Notes: a model not told the origin generated them from the letters alone. Shown: positions 25,412 to 38,248, counted from the whole stretch's first letter. The stretch: 63,597 bases of DNA, filler included, from Octopus bimaculoides (GCF_001194135.2; 8 parts of 6 records of this genome joined end to end with filler, not necessarily neighbours in it), one strand, 5' to 3'. Translations and numbers: made by a program.

Positions 25412-25927
25412 ATATTATTTATGTAGTATCAAGACAGTTTAAGTATATATTAACTAAATTTCAGTGAAATTGATGGATGAGCATTTGGCCATCAGATTCG
25501 CAAGAAGCCATGAAAGCATCAATTTGTGAGTTCGATTCAGCCTGAGGTTAGCTCATCATTTTCGGTCATTTGTTTATATTTAAAAATTGTCACTTCAAAT
25601 CGGAGAATAAATATCGTTATGATGTATATTATATACTATGAGCCTTCCATAGTAACTTTCTCTCCGTAACTCGCAAAGCCTTTCGGGTTTATTTATAAAA
25701 ATATTATTTATGTAGTATTTAAACAGTTTAAGTATATATCAACTAAATTTGACTGAAATTGATGGGTGAATGTTTGGCCAATCAGATTTGCAAGGAGCCA
25801 TGAAAGTGCCGATTTGTGAGTTCAATTCAGCCTGAGGTTAGCTCATCATTTTAGAGTCATTTGTTCATATTTAAAAATTGTCGCTTCAAATCAGAGAATA
25901 AATATCATTATGATATGCATTATATAG
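25412..25927 (+). repeat. Tandem direct duplication of a ~225-bp unit, period ~290 bp
   Basis: 25412-25635 aligns with 25701-25927. Confidence 0.9.
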
Positions 25928-26048
25928 TTATTATACAGTTATATACATACATGTGTGTGTGTGTGTGTGTAGACATAAACATATGCATATATGTATGTAT
26001 ATATATATGTGTGTATGTAGACATAAGTATATGTATATATGTATGTAG

Positions 26049-26092
<44 letters not shown>

Positions 26093-26397
26093 CACGCACT
26101 CACATACATATATATATACTTATACACACAGACACATGTTTGGTGATGCAAACATGAAAAGAAGAAATTTTTCTGTAATATATTAGTAAATATTTTTACT
26201 AATACATTACAGAAGCAACAAAGTGACACTAGAGTCAANNNNNNNNNNTTGGTGATGCAAACATGAAAAGAAGAAATTTTTCTGTAATATATTAGTAAAT
26301 ATTTTTACTAATACATTACAGAAGCAACAAAGTGACACTAGAGTCAAAAGTTTTATGCATTAGCACTTTTCAAACTAGAGTGCACAAAACTTTGTTG

Positions 26398-26435
<38 letters not shown>

Positions 26436-26477
26436 ACATATATATAGACCTATACATACTATATAGATATTTATGCA

Positions 26478-26523
<46 letters not shown>

Positions 26524-27191
26524 CATGAGTGTATGCATATGAGGAGTCTGCCCACACCTTAGGTCAATATTGAAAATAAGAAAAGACAAAAATAAGAACG
26601 GAAAAGAAAAGGAAACTAAATTAGGTTAATAAAGTTATTAGTGCTTATTATTCTATTAATAAACATTTCAATGATCTACAAATTTCCATACTTTGTCTCA
26701 GAAAGCCAAAAATAGAATGCTTTCAATTTCTTTTCATCTTTCACTGTCTGTCATTCCATTCATCACAACTGATTCACAATGACATAGAAACGTCACTGTA
26801 AGATAGTAAGAGATGAGACAGTAAGAAATGAGAAACATCACACAGTATTATATCTATAGTACTACCGAGAATGTGGGAGATGGTAAAGTGAAAGCTCACT
26901 ACAGGGTTAGCAAGACAGTACGAGAAATTTTCAACAAGATGAACTTGTCTCAAGCAAGTGTTTTGGCCTGTTAGTTTCTGGTGTCATGACCTCTAGGTGT
27001 CCTCCAGTTGTTTCTTTTTCTTTTTCTTTTTTTGTTTAAATGCCACCTTCAGTTGGTGTTGAACACCAAACCTTTGGGTGATCTTATTTACCTTAAGTAA
27101 AAGAAATAAAATCAGTCACAATGATCACTGAAAGAACTTGCACTGTGGATATATAGTACTGTAACTAATACTAGAGACAATGAGAGACAAA

Positions 27192-27290
27192 TACTGTATT
27201 TCCTTACATACAAGTTGAATTTTTTAAACCAAAATTTACAGCCAAAAATGGTAGGTTGACTTATACACTAAGATGGCCTTAAAGGACAAA
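27192..27290 (+). mobile_element. Tc2/pogo-like DNA transposon end
   Basis: TA-CTGTATTTCCTTACATACAAGTTGA...GGTTGACTTATACAC resembles TcMar-Tc2 termini as I recall them. Confidence 0.4.
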
Positions 27291-28074
27291 AAATTCCATG
27301 TTGAAATGTTGCACGATTTGGAAAGATAGTGATGAAGTTTGAATGTTTATACTATATATTTACAGCAAATTGTATGCTAGAAAATACAATATTATCAGTG
27401 TTGTATTTATATTTTGCTTTTTATATGAGTTCAGCAAGATTATTAATATGAAAATATGGTTGAAACAGATGTTGTATCTTGGGAGGGCTGTTTTGCCAAT
27501 AATACACACACTATGATTATTCATCAACAAGTTAAACAATTAAGTAATTGATTGTTTGATTAAATATTTGATAAATAAGTCAATCATCTGGCCTGTCATG
27601 GTTCTTTTATTACCATTTGTAACTTCATAAACAACATATCCTCATGACTCCAGGTCTGTCTCCAGGAGGTCAATATTATCATATAGCATTGTATCTGGAA
27701 TATTACTGAGACAATGGGAGATGAATATTATCTCTCTCTCTCTCTCTCTCTCTCATACACACACACACACACACACGGATGAGACTCACATATGTAATTC
27801 TAATGAGCTGAAAATCTCTAAGGGTTAACTAAGATTATCCTTGCAATTAGGAGACAACAAACTCCCTATCAAGAGATTTTAAACATACTCTGGAGGAAGT
27901 TTCTGTGTTCTAATTGTAAGAATAACCCCAGTTAATCAAAGCTTTTCAACTCACTATATTACAGTATGTGAAATGCAGCTGCTTGGTTGCGTTGTAGTCA
28001 ATACACAGAATGCTCGTCTCAATTATCCTCCACTTAATTTATGTATAAGTGTGTGAATGTGTGCATGTGTGTGT

Positions 28075-28240
28075 TGGCATAGCTTTGAGGTTAAGAAGTT
28101 TACTTCCCAACTATATGGTTTGGGGTTCAGCCCAACTGTACAACAACTTGGGACATATGTCCTCTACTAATAACCCCTGGGCACCAACCAACGCTATGTA
28201 AATAGATTAGGTAAATAGAAACTGGAAGTAACTTCTGTAT
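28075..28240 (+). mobile_element. SINE family A 5' part (decayed)
   Basis: ggttaagaagtttacttcccaac...ggggttcagccca...cttggg. Confidence 0.6.
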
Positions 28241-28249
28241 GGTGAGCTG

Positions 28250-28810
28250 GAAGATTGTAAAAGGTCAGCACATCAACCCAAAATGAGGCTCAAAGACTGC
28301 CTTGAAACAGCTTTGATACAAAAGCCGGAATTTCAGATGCTGATTGGGAGAGAGAGAAGCACAAGACTGAAGTAGATGGAGGAAAAGAGTGCAGTGGTTG
28401 CTTGAAGTTTGAAAGAGAGAGAATGAAGCATGAGAAGATCAGGAGAAAGCTTAGAAACAATGAACCAGTAGAAAGTTAAGGAGTGTTGATTTTTATGTGT
28501 GTAATCTGTAGGAGGAAATGCTTAAGTCATGCAGGGCCTGGTCAGTCATCAAAGAAGCGACAGGAATTGACTTAGTAAATTATGATGCAGCTATTGTTCA
28601 CAACAGAACATGTTCAACCTGTGAAAAGGTGTGCCCGTTCAGTTGATGGATTAAAAAGACATGTCAAAAGACTTCATACTACTGTGGCACTGGTTCTTTC
28701 AGCCAGCCAGCATGACTGCACATTATGCAATAAAATGTGCAAATCTTTGGCAGGGCTCAAGAGTCATATAAGGGCCTCATACTGCATTATAATTGACTCA
28801 TTTCAATGAT
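28250..28810 (+). mobile_element. RTE-type LINE 3' end with C2H2-like zinc fingers
   Basis: Reads KGQHINPK*GSKTALK...FMCVICRRKCLSHAG...HDCTLCNKMCKSLAGLKSHIR. Confidence 0.65.
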
Positions 28811-29409
28811 TCTTTCTAGCAATGGCTTTGCTCGTATATGAGAAAGCAGTCACTATATAAGTCACAATATGTGGATTCAAGTAATCCAGTAGTACTCATA
28901 AAAAGAGCTCCTTAATGTATCATTCTACAAAACATAGGATATATAGTACGATATAAGAGAAAGCTGTCGTGATAAAGCCAGATGCCCCATTAATAACCAA
29001 TGTCTTAGGGAAACTTTGAACATAAATGTTCAATTATGGCTTTTGGTAATGAACATGTATACATTGGTGCATCCTCTTCATCATTTAAAATTAGATGAAA
29101 TAATCACAGATCTACATGTAGGTATAAAGAAAAGGTTAATTATACATCCCAAGCTAAATTTGCACATTCATTAATAGATAATAATATCAAATATAAAATT
29201 AATTGGTCAATTCTAGGTTATGCACAACTTTATAGTCATAGTCGTAAATGGTGTGGTCTTTGTATATCAGAGGCATTTTACATTAATACAAATAGTAAAA
29301 ATAATGTAATTATGATTAGTCAGCATGATGAACTTATTCTAAGATGCCAACATTTAAAATTTAACTCCTTTCTATACTACAAACATACATAACATGATAC
29401 TTATAATAT

Positions 29410-29585
29410 TTTATTCTTTATTTTAGTCATTTGACTGCAACCATGCTAAAATGTTTTTAGTTGAAGAAATTGACCCCAGGACATATTCTTTGTAAACCTG
29501 GTACTTATTCTTTTGGTCTCTTTTGCTGAACTGCTAAGTTACAGGGGATGTAAAACACCAACATCAGTTGTCAAAAGACACACAC
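29410..29585 (-). mobile_element. SINE family A 3' half
   Basis: agtcatttgactgcaaccatgct...gaccccaggac...gtacttattc...gctaagttac. Confidence 0.75.
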
Positions 29586-29598
29586 ACTCATAAATATA

Positions 29599-29843
29599 CA
29601 GGGTCTTGCAGACAAATTGAGACCAATTTTAAGCAGCTGACTTAGTGAGTTTAACATTTCATTTTTTGACAAAACCTTGCTTGTGAAAATCTAATCTTCC
29701 TCATTATCTTTCAGGTAAATAACGAACTGATTTGACAACAGAAAGTCATGAAACAACAGAATCGTTCCGCCATTGTTGCTTTGGTGCATGCCGGGCAGAC
29801 TGCCAATAAAATTGTTAAGTGGACAAAACTTCCAAAAGCAACA
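29599..29843 (+). mobile_element. 5' end of the Tc1/mariner family seen at 16651
   Basis: Starts TA|CAGGGTCTTGCAGACAAATTGAGACCA and encodes MKQQNRSAIVALVHAGQTANKIVK. Truncated where the Penelope fragment begins. Confidence 0.85.
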
Positions 29844-29869
29844 CAACAGATAACATGAAAAACACATTA

Positions 29870-30760
29870 TGCACTAGCACTCATAAACCCAACAAGAAAA
29901 AGAAAAATCACACCGTCCTCTGGTACAATCTGATCCATGGATTGCACATTCCTTCAAAGATAGCTAGACAATTTTTTGCAACTTTACATAAGTGTTATCC
30001 AAAATCAAATAGGTACCATGCTATATTTAACAGGCATACTGTGAAGGTGTCAGATATCAACTCCAGCAACTTAGAGCAACATATACACTGAATCGACAGT
30101 AGAAAACTAAAAAAACGGCTAGGAAAACACACCCAGCAAACCCATAATTAATGAACAGATACACAATGCATACTCAATCAGCTTGAAGAAAGCACAACAC
30201 ATAGAAATCCATAGTATTAACTACTTGGGAAATAATAGCAACCAAATTGTAAATAACCCTGCGAGGCCACATAATAATAGCATAGGGAATAGGAACCTAA
30301 ATGCAACAAAAACTATAAGGCAAACTGAGAATGACTGCCAGTCAGTAACAACAGCTGACAGCAAATGCTCATTGAATAACCTCTGCATGAGTCACGATCT
30401 TGTCTTTAAATGCACTGTGCAAATGAGACCCTATGTGTACATAGGTGCAACAGCTGATTTGTTCAAAAATTGATACTGCAACTACATTCTACCAGATTTT
30501 AAAAAGTCAGCAAGAGGCATGCAACATCATTGGCAGACTTTCTGTGGAAATTAAAATTGGATAAAATTAAATATGAACTGTCTTGGACAGTAATAAGGCA
30601 CACACAACCAAACAATGCCCTTTTCAAGAGGTGCAGACTATGCTCAAAGGAATCTCTGTCCATTTTATTAACGAGAGAAAGTATTAATAACAAACTATTT
30701 TAAAAAATAGCATGTTGCATACATGCTAAGAAATGCACATGCACTCATTAAAATAAGCAT
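29870..30760 (+). mobile_element. Penelope-like (Neptune-type) RT C-terminus and GIY-YIG remnant
   Basis: Reads VLWYN...IARQFFATLHKCYPKSNRYHAIFNRHTVKVS; C-L-C...LVFKCTV...YVYIGATADLFK; HATSLADFLWKLK...ELSWTVIR...CRLCSKE. Confidence 0.8.
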
Positions 30761-31984
30761 AATTCAGCATCACCACAGTCTTAATGAGCATACATGGAGA
30801 ATCTCAACACAGTCTTAATTAGCATACATGGAGTACCTGGATTTCCAGTAAGCAAAAAACAACTCCTTCCACTCACGGGAAACATGCTGTGATATAGCAT
30901 CACCAGATACTCCAAGGAACTACAATACAGTATGGCACCTATTTGTCCACTGTCCTGTGCAAACATGTCTGTCGCCAAATACTGCCTTCCAAATGATGGA
31001 TACACTACCATCTATGCTTTGTGTTCATCATTCTACATAACCATGTACTTTGTCCATATATTGTTTTTTAGTGATGTACACACAGCCATCTATGCTACAT
31101 GCAAAAATGTCCAGCATGTACATATGTCTGTCCCTACATTATGTTTATCTTAGCAATGTTCACACCACCACACACACACACACAAAGTCATAGGATATTG
31201 CCGTATGGACCTTAAGATTTTCTGATGGAATACATATTGCCTAATAAGGACCAAAGACTGTAGGCATCTAAAGACTCACTGCACTAGTAATTTAATAACT
31301 GCCTACACACCAACATTATTAGGCGCTCCTCTGAGAAACTACATACATGAACGGACTAGTTGATCAACACATTAGCTAAATGTATATAATTATCACTATA
31401 CTGATACTGTTACATGTATTGTCTTACCGTCTCATTGTCTCATCCAACTGTGGTCTTTCACTGGACAAACAGTGGAAAGTAACCCAATATGAAAGCATAG
31501 ATATATATGTACGTAGATGAATATATATATATATACATATATATGCATACATGTAAGTGTCTATATAAATGTATAGATATGTGTATGTATGTATGTGTAT
31601 ATATGTGTAGGTCTGCATCTGCACTACCACCAATACAAGAAGCCTAGCTCCCCACCACCAACAACAACCTCATCCACATTACTCTATACACCAATAGGAG
31701 ATGCATTACTTAGTAAATTAACAAACCACCTACTCCTTTCTCCCTACTTGTTATTTATCTACTTAATTTAAAAATTGACCCATTTATGTTTGTAGCAATA
31801 ACACTTATATTTACAATGTTTGTATTACACTCATTCCCAATAGGGGCAACAATTCTAACATAACTGAATGATGGTAGATTAAAGTGAGAACAACTGATGT
31901 GACATGTCTGTTATCAAACGTTCATTGAAACCTTCTTTTCAGGTGCTGAATACCATCCTTCCTTCTCATGTTCACTCTCATGCC

Positions 31985-32330
31985 CCTTTCCTAGTTCTCA
32001 GAGTTGGCAGTGTCAATGTAGGTACATTGAAAGGTAGGTCTGGTGAGATTGTTGAGATGCTTAAAGGGAGGTGTGTTGATGCGTGTTGCATTCAAAAGGT
32101 AAGGCGGAGGGGAGCTTCAGCCAGGTTCTTCACAGGCAAGACACACAGAAATAAACTCTTCTGGGAAGGTAACAAGGATGGGGTAGGTGGTCTGGGAATA
32201 CTTCTTGCAGAGAAGTGAGCTGATAAGGTCATAGAGGTAGTCAGAGCATGCAATAGAATACTTAAGCTCAGGCTAGTTTTGCAGAATAGTACAGTGACAA
32301 TTATCGCTGCCTATGACCCCACCATCTGTG
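31985..32330 (+). mobile_element. RTE LINE endonuclease N-terminus
   Basis: Reads LRVGSVNVGTLKGRSGEIVEML...VDACCIQ...GVGGLGILLAEK*...IIAAYDP. Confidence 0.9.
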
Positions 32331-32534
32331 CATAAACAACAGTGCTTATCAATAATCTCCTCCCTGATGAGATTGATGCATTTTTCCACATTGTTCTTCC
32401 TCTAATATTTATTTCAATGCATCATTTGATACATATGTCGGTGATATGGTGATATAAATGATCTCAATAACATTTTGCGCATTTGTCTTCATTTTCCATA
32501 ACTCTTATGTATATATACATACATACATACATAC

Positions 32535-32601
<67 letters not shown>

Positions 32602-33297
32602 AGGGGAAAAGTACCACTGATGCTATATTTCTGGTAAGACAGCTGCAGGAGAAATGCCTAGCCAAAGATAAACTNNNNNNNNNNNNNNNNNNNNNNNNNN
32701 NNNNNNNNNNNNNNNNNNNNNNNNNNNNNNNNNNNNNNNNNNNNNNNNNNNNNNNNNNNNNNNNNNNNNNNNNNNNNNNNNNNNNNNNNNNNNNNNNNNN
32801 NNNNNNNNNNNNNNNNNNNNNNNNNNNNNNNNNNNNNNNNNNNNNNNNNNNNNNNNNNNNNNNNNNNNNNNNNNNNNNNNNNNNNNNNNNNNNNNNNNNN
32901 NNNNNNNNNNNNNNNNNNNNNNNNNNNNNNNNNNNNNNNNNNNNNNNNNNNNNNNNNNNNNNNNNNNNNNNNNNNNNNNNNNNNNNNNNNNNNNNNNNNN
33001 NNNNNNNNNNNNNNNNNNNNNNNNNNNNNNNNNNNNNNNNNNNNNNNNNNNNNNNNNNNNNNNNNNNNNNNNNNNNNNNNNNNNNNNNNNNNNNNNNNNN
33101 NNNNNNNNNNNNNNNNNNNNNNNNNNNNNNNNNNNNNNNNNNNNNNNNNNNNNNNNNNNNNNNNNNNNNNNNNNNNNNNNNNNNNNNNNNNNNNNNNNNN
33201 NNNNNNNNNNNNNNNNNNNNNNNNNNNNNNNNNNNNNNNNNNNNNNNNNNNNATATATATATATAAATATATGTATATGAATATATTTACATATAAG

Positions 33298-33360
<63 letters not shown>

Positions 33361-33365
<5 letters not shown>

Positions 33366-34295
33366 AGGGGAAAAGTACCACTGATGCTATATTTCTGGTA
33401 AGACAGCTGCAGGAGAAATGCCTAGCCAAAGATAAACTTCTGTATCTGGCTTTCGTTGACATGGAGAAAGTCCTAATAGGTAGAAAGGTAGACAAAACAC
33501 AAATCCCTTCAGGTAGATGACCCTGCTCGATCTGTAGAAAAGGCATAGGTAGAAACTGTATAAGATGTACCCAGTGTAAGCTATGGACACATAAGAGGTG
33601 CAGCAATATCAAAGGAAGGCTAACTAGGAAGTTAGTTTTTGTATGTGGCAGATGTTCAGGTGCAATAAACACTAAAAACATGCAGAAAACAATTTCTGCC
33701 ACATTCCAGGGAGAAAAACTAAACGTAGTTGATAGCTTCCATTATCTAGGTGACCAAGTTAGTAGTGGGGGAGGGTGCTCTGAAAGTGTATCTACTAGAA
33801 TAAGAATAGCCTGGGCAAAGTTCAGAGAGCTCTTACCTCTGCTGGTGACAAAGGGCCTCTCGCTCAGAGTAAAAGGCAGACTGTATGACGCATGTGTACG
33901 AACAGCCATGCTACATGGCAGTGAAACATGGGCCATGACTGCTGAGGACAAGCGTAAGCTCGCATGGAATGAAGTCAGTATGCTCTGATGGATGTGTAAT
34001 GTCAGTGTGCATACTCGACAGAGTGTAAATACCTGGAGAGAAAAGTTGAACCTAAGAAGCATCAGTTGTGGTGTGCAAGAGAGACAATTGCACTGGTATG
34101 GTCATGTGGCGAGAATGGATGAGGTTAACTGTGTGAAAAAGTGCCACACCCTAGCGGTTGAGGGAACCAGTGGAAGAGATAGACCCAGGAAGACCTGGGA
34201 TGAGGTGGTGAAGCACGACCTTCGAACATTAGACCTCACTTCTGACCGAGACCTTTGGAAATATGCTGTGCGTGAGAAGACCCGGCAAGCCAAGA
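33361..34295 (+). mobile_element. RTE LINE RT, internally deleted
   Basis: Reads GKSTTDAIFLVRQLQEK...LAFVDMEK, then jumps to DSFHYLGD...LSLRVKGRLYDACVRTAMLHGSETW...LHWYGHV...RPRKTWDEVV. Confidence 0.92.
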
Positions 34296-34520
34296 GAGAA
34301 GATTAATCCCTGTTCATAGCACAAACGGGAGTCTGGATGGCCCCTGTGCAAGGACAATCCGAACACGGACAGGTGTTGCAAAGAGTGACTGGTAGAGCAG
34401 AAATGGCACGACACTGAGGTGTCATTGCCTAGGCGGATGTCTCGAAGGTGTTCCGCAAATCGGTCAGCCAAGCGGCGTCCCATTTGTCTGATGTACAGAG
34501 AATAGCAAAGAGAGCAGGAG
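34285..34520 (-). mobile_element. Penelope-like GIY-YIG endonuclease fragment
   Basis: Reads CSLCYSLYIRQMGRRLADRFAEHLRDI...VSCHFCSTSH...EQGLIFSLG. It meets the RTE 3' end tail-to-tail. Confidence 0.8.
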
Positions 34521-35659
34521 ATGNNNNNNNNNNNNNNNNNNNNNNNNNNNNNNNNNNNNNNNNNNNNTTAATTAATTAANNNNNNNNNNNNNNNNNNNNN
34601 NNNNNNNNNNNNNNNNNNNNNNNTATATATATATATATATATATATGTATATGTATTTCTATGTATTTGTATTTGCATGTATGTGTTTTGAATAAGTGAA
34701 TATATATAAATATATATGTAATTGTACGCATATGTATGTGTGTATGTGTGTGAATATATACCTATATCTGTAAGTTTTGTCATCTTAATCTATATTATAA
34801 TATTGAATTTGGAAAATTAACTGTTGGATTAATTCAGAATTTGATTCCTTTTAATGCTATTTTTGTAGTTGCTATTATATAATCATTATATTAGTATTAA
34901 TATTAATTATATATCACAAATAATATGTCTTAATTATAATAAATGTATATATATATGTATAAATACATATATTTATTAACTAATTGATGATAATGAAAAT
35001 AATAATAATAAGGAAAATATTAGATATATAGTTTTATTTGACTTAATAAATTTAATAATCAAAATAATTATTATAGTATTGTATAGTTTATAACTTGTAT
35101 TATTATTACAACAATATTATTTTGTTAATTCTGAAAGAATTATTAAAATTTGTATATATACTATTTATATTCATTTAATTTAAAAATACTAATATTAATT
35201 ATATTTTCATGAGCAATCTTTGATACTTGTTTTGTTAGTTATAATACTTAATTTTTACAAATTTACAGAGTTCTCTCTTCCATAATATACGCATAATAAT
35301 CCTTGTTTAAGTAACTCCAAATCCGGTTACTTACAAAAAACAAAACATAATAATTACGTTGATATTCGTTATTATAGCCTAACTCTATATCCATGGGGCA
35401 TTTATTATAGCTTAACTGTATATCTATGGGGTATATATGTTATAGTGTTTTCAGTCATAAGTTTATCTTCATATTTATTACGGAATTCTCCCAACGACGA
35501 ATTAAGTAAACAAAACAACATTTTTTTATTAGGTTTCTAGTCATATTTATTACGGAATTATCCCTCCGGTAAACAATAGTTATAGCACATTCGTATTAGT
35601 CACATTAAACAATGTTTTTTTTTATATCAATAACTTTATATAAATAGAGGAGTTATTAT

Positions 35660-35882
35660 TTACATTTGACGACATTTGTCCTCATATCGTTTGTTAGCAC
35701 AACTTTTCGGCTGATATACCCTCCAGACTTCAGCAGATGTCTTGGGGAAATTTCGAACCTGGGTCCTCATTCCTTAGGTATTTTTCGATGTTATTATTAT
35801 TATTATTCAGGTTAATGCCTCGAATCGAACTCGGACTCTTGGGGTTAGTAGCATGCACTCTTAACCACTACGCCATACGCCC
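35660..35882 (-). mobile_element. SINE-like element: tRNA head, (AAT)n, decayed minimal hammerhead ribozyme
   Basis: Head GGCGTATGGCGTAGTGGTTAAGAG...GAGTTCGATTC (A and B boxes). Tail ACAT CTGCTGA A GTCTG gagggtatat CAGCC GAAAA GTT GTG at 35697-35740. Confidence 0.65.
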
Positions 35883-36258
35883 ATGGAGGAGCTATATATT
35901 AAAGATATAACTATCATTTATATTTTTTACACGTTTTATTACAGTTCTAGATAAAGCAAGACCCTGATACTTAATTATATACGCATATATATTATTGTTG
36001 TATGTTATAATAGTGAAAGGTTCTCTTAGACAGAAGCGAGTTTAGGTTAATATTATTTGAGATATATAGAAATATATTTCGATAGTTTTAGATTACACTC
36101 ACTTAATTATTTTGTCCGTTAAATTTTTTGCTGTTTTTAATTGTAATTAATATGTAATTGAATAGTTAACACTCACGCCCATAATACATCTGCATTTGAA
36201 TTAATTTTTTACAATCCAGGCGTCCTTTCAAACGGAATTGTGTCTATCTTTAAACGCT

Positions 36259-36335
36259 GGCTCTGATGAGACTTTTATGTAAGAGAATTGTTTATATATC
36301 AAAAAATGTATGTAAGTCGAAACAAATTATTGGCC
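36259..36335 (+). ncRNA. Type I hammerhead ribozyme relic
   Basis: GGCT CTGATGA GACTT...AAGTC GAAAC AAATT ATT GGCC: intact core, 5-bp stem II extendable by GU pairs, stem I GGCT/GGCC. The cleavage triplet reads ATT rather than GTH. Confidence 0.5.
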
Positions 36336-36507
36336 TTTTGATGTTTTAATAATTGTTTATGTTACCTTATAGTATGTTGTATTATATTCATAGTATCATA
36401 GTATCATGTTATATTATGATGTAAAGTAATTAGATTGTCAATTGTATCTCTATTTAATTTTATCTTTGTAATTTATACATACATACATACATACATACAT
36501 ACATACG

Positions 36508-36571
<64 letters not shown>

Positions 36572-36849
36572 TATACATTTTGTAACGAAAATTAATATAC
36601 TCTTCAGATTTCCAATTGAAGATTTCCAGTATTTCCTGCATACTTCTATCTTTCGATTACATTTAAGGCCTGCATTCCTTAAGAATTTCAGTAAAATATT
36701 TTCGTTATTATTCATCATATCCATTGCGTTGCAATACTTGGATTCTGCAGCTGATATTTCGAAATACATCAGTTTATCTCGTCCAGTAATACTTCCTTAT
36801 CTAAAACTGTATCTATCTACAAGTAATCATCTACATGCCTTTCAACTCT

Positions 36850-37200
36850 TTTACATGTTTCTGTCATCTGATTGTGGCCATGCTTTAGTACAACCTTTAG
36901 TCCAACAAATCGACATCAGGATTTATTCTTTGTAAACCTAGTACTTATTCTATCGGGGTCTTTTGCCGAACCGCTAAGCTTCAGGGACATAAACACACCA
37001 ACATCGGTTGTCATGTGATGATGGGGGAGACAAACGCAAACACAAAGACAACTGAGTTCTTTCAGTTTCCGTCTACCAAATCCACTCACAAGGCTTTGGT
37101 CGGTCCGAGGCTATAGTACAAGACACTTGCCCAAATCGCCACGCGGTTGGACTGAACTCAGAACCATGTGGTTGGGAAGCAAGTATCTTACCATAAAGCT
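36850..37200 (-). mobile_element. SINE family A, near full length
   Basis: Reverse complement of the 12768 copy, including gtttccgtctaccaaatccactcacaaggctttggtcgg. It lacks the internal microsatellite. Confidence 0.88.
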
Positions 37201-37619
37201 ACGCCTTCGCCTATACAAAGCTACCCTGCGCCTATATAGTATATAGTTTAACAAATGATTTCCATAACTTGATTTGTGCCAGTCCTATATTTTAAGCTTT
37301 ATTTTGTTTTGGGGATTTCTTTTATTGTGTCATTCTGTATGTAAACATCTTTGAACAGAATCTAATACAACTTTAAATAAAAATATAGTGTGATGCTGTA
37401 ATACAATGCAGTTCATCGTACTTCCTAGCCTTTGAAATTTTCAGCTTTTATATTTTTCTTTATTTGTTGAAATAGTAGAATTGCGAGCTTACTAACACAA
37501 CGGCTTGAAGAACGTAGCCTAACAATTCAATCACATTTTTTTTTGAAGTATAGTCTTATTCTCTTGGTCTCATTTACCGACAAACATATACTAGATTGTC
37601 TGGAGATGGTATGAGACAA

Positions 37620-37799
37620 CCGTCTCTATCTCTCTTTCTCTCTATCTCTATTTCTCTCTCTCTCTCTCTTTCTCTCTCACTCTTTCTCGTTCTTTCTCTT
37701 TCTCTCTCTCTCTCTATTTCTCTCTCTCTCTTTCTCTCTCTCCCTCTTTCTCTCTCTCCTTCTTTCTCTTTCTTTCTCTCTCTCTCTCTTTCTCTCTCG

Positions 37800-37869
<70 letters not shown>

Positions 37870-37910
37870 GTCTCTGCTTACACACACACACGCGCACTCA
37901 CACACACACA
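37620..37910. repeat. (CT)n-rich polypyrimidine tract plus (CA)n
   Basis: Direct reading. Confidence 0.9.
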
Positions 37911-38248
37911 AATTCATATATGACAGGCTTCTACAAAATTCAAGCATAATATTCAAGGCATTAGTAGTCCCTGGGCTATAATAGAAGATTCCTGCAAACA
38001 TATCAAGTTGTTTTGTTAATTTTAAAATCATCCAAGTTTAGGAATTTGGGAATATCGTCTTTAAAACTTGATAAATGCTGCAAGTTTGCAAAAAGGAATA
38101 AATCACAAAAAAAAAAAAAAATCTGACAGGAGTTTGTTGCAGCTTGTAGCAATTTCCTGTGCATGTCTGCGCTATCGTTCTCATATCTTGAATATAACGT
38201 TTCCTTTATAAAAGAGAAAAATCGACATTACAACGTTTGCAATCTTAT

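Noticed and set aside
25485-25560. tRNA-like fold (gatgagc...gctcatc with a B-box-like motif) in the duplicated unit
   Set aside because: No D or anticodon arms, and the 5' arm is not conserved in the second copy.
26140-26347. 99-bp direct repeat containing an AT-rich hairpin
   Set aside because: Two identical copies separated only by 10 Ns indicate a contig overlap artefact.
31428-31460. 33-nt minus-strand micro-exon (ERPQLDETMR) with good splice sites
   Set aside because: No partner exons found, and a similar gatgagac...gtaaga motif occurs at ~26810, suggesting a repeat.
32571-33438. Duplicated RTE RT motif GKSTTDAIFLVRQLQEK
   Set aside because: Identical sequence on both sides of an N gap is most likely an unmerged overlap.
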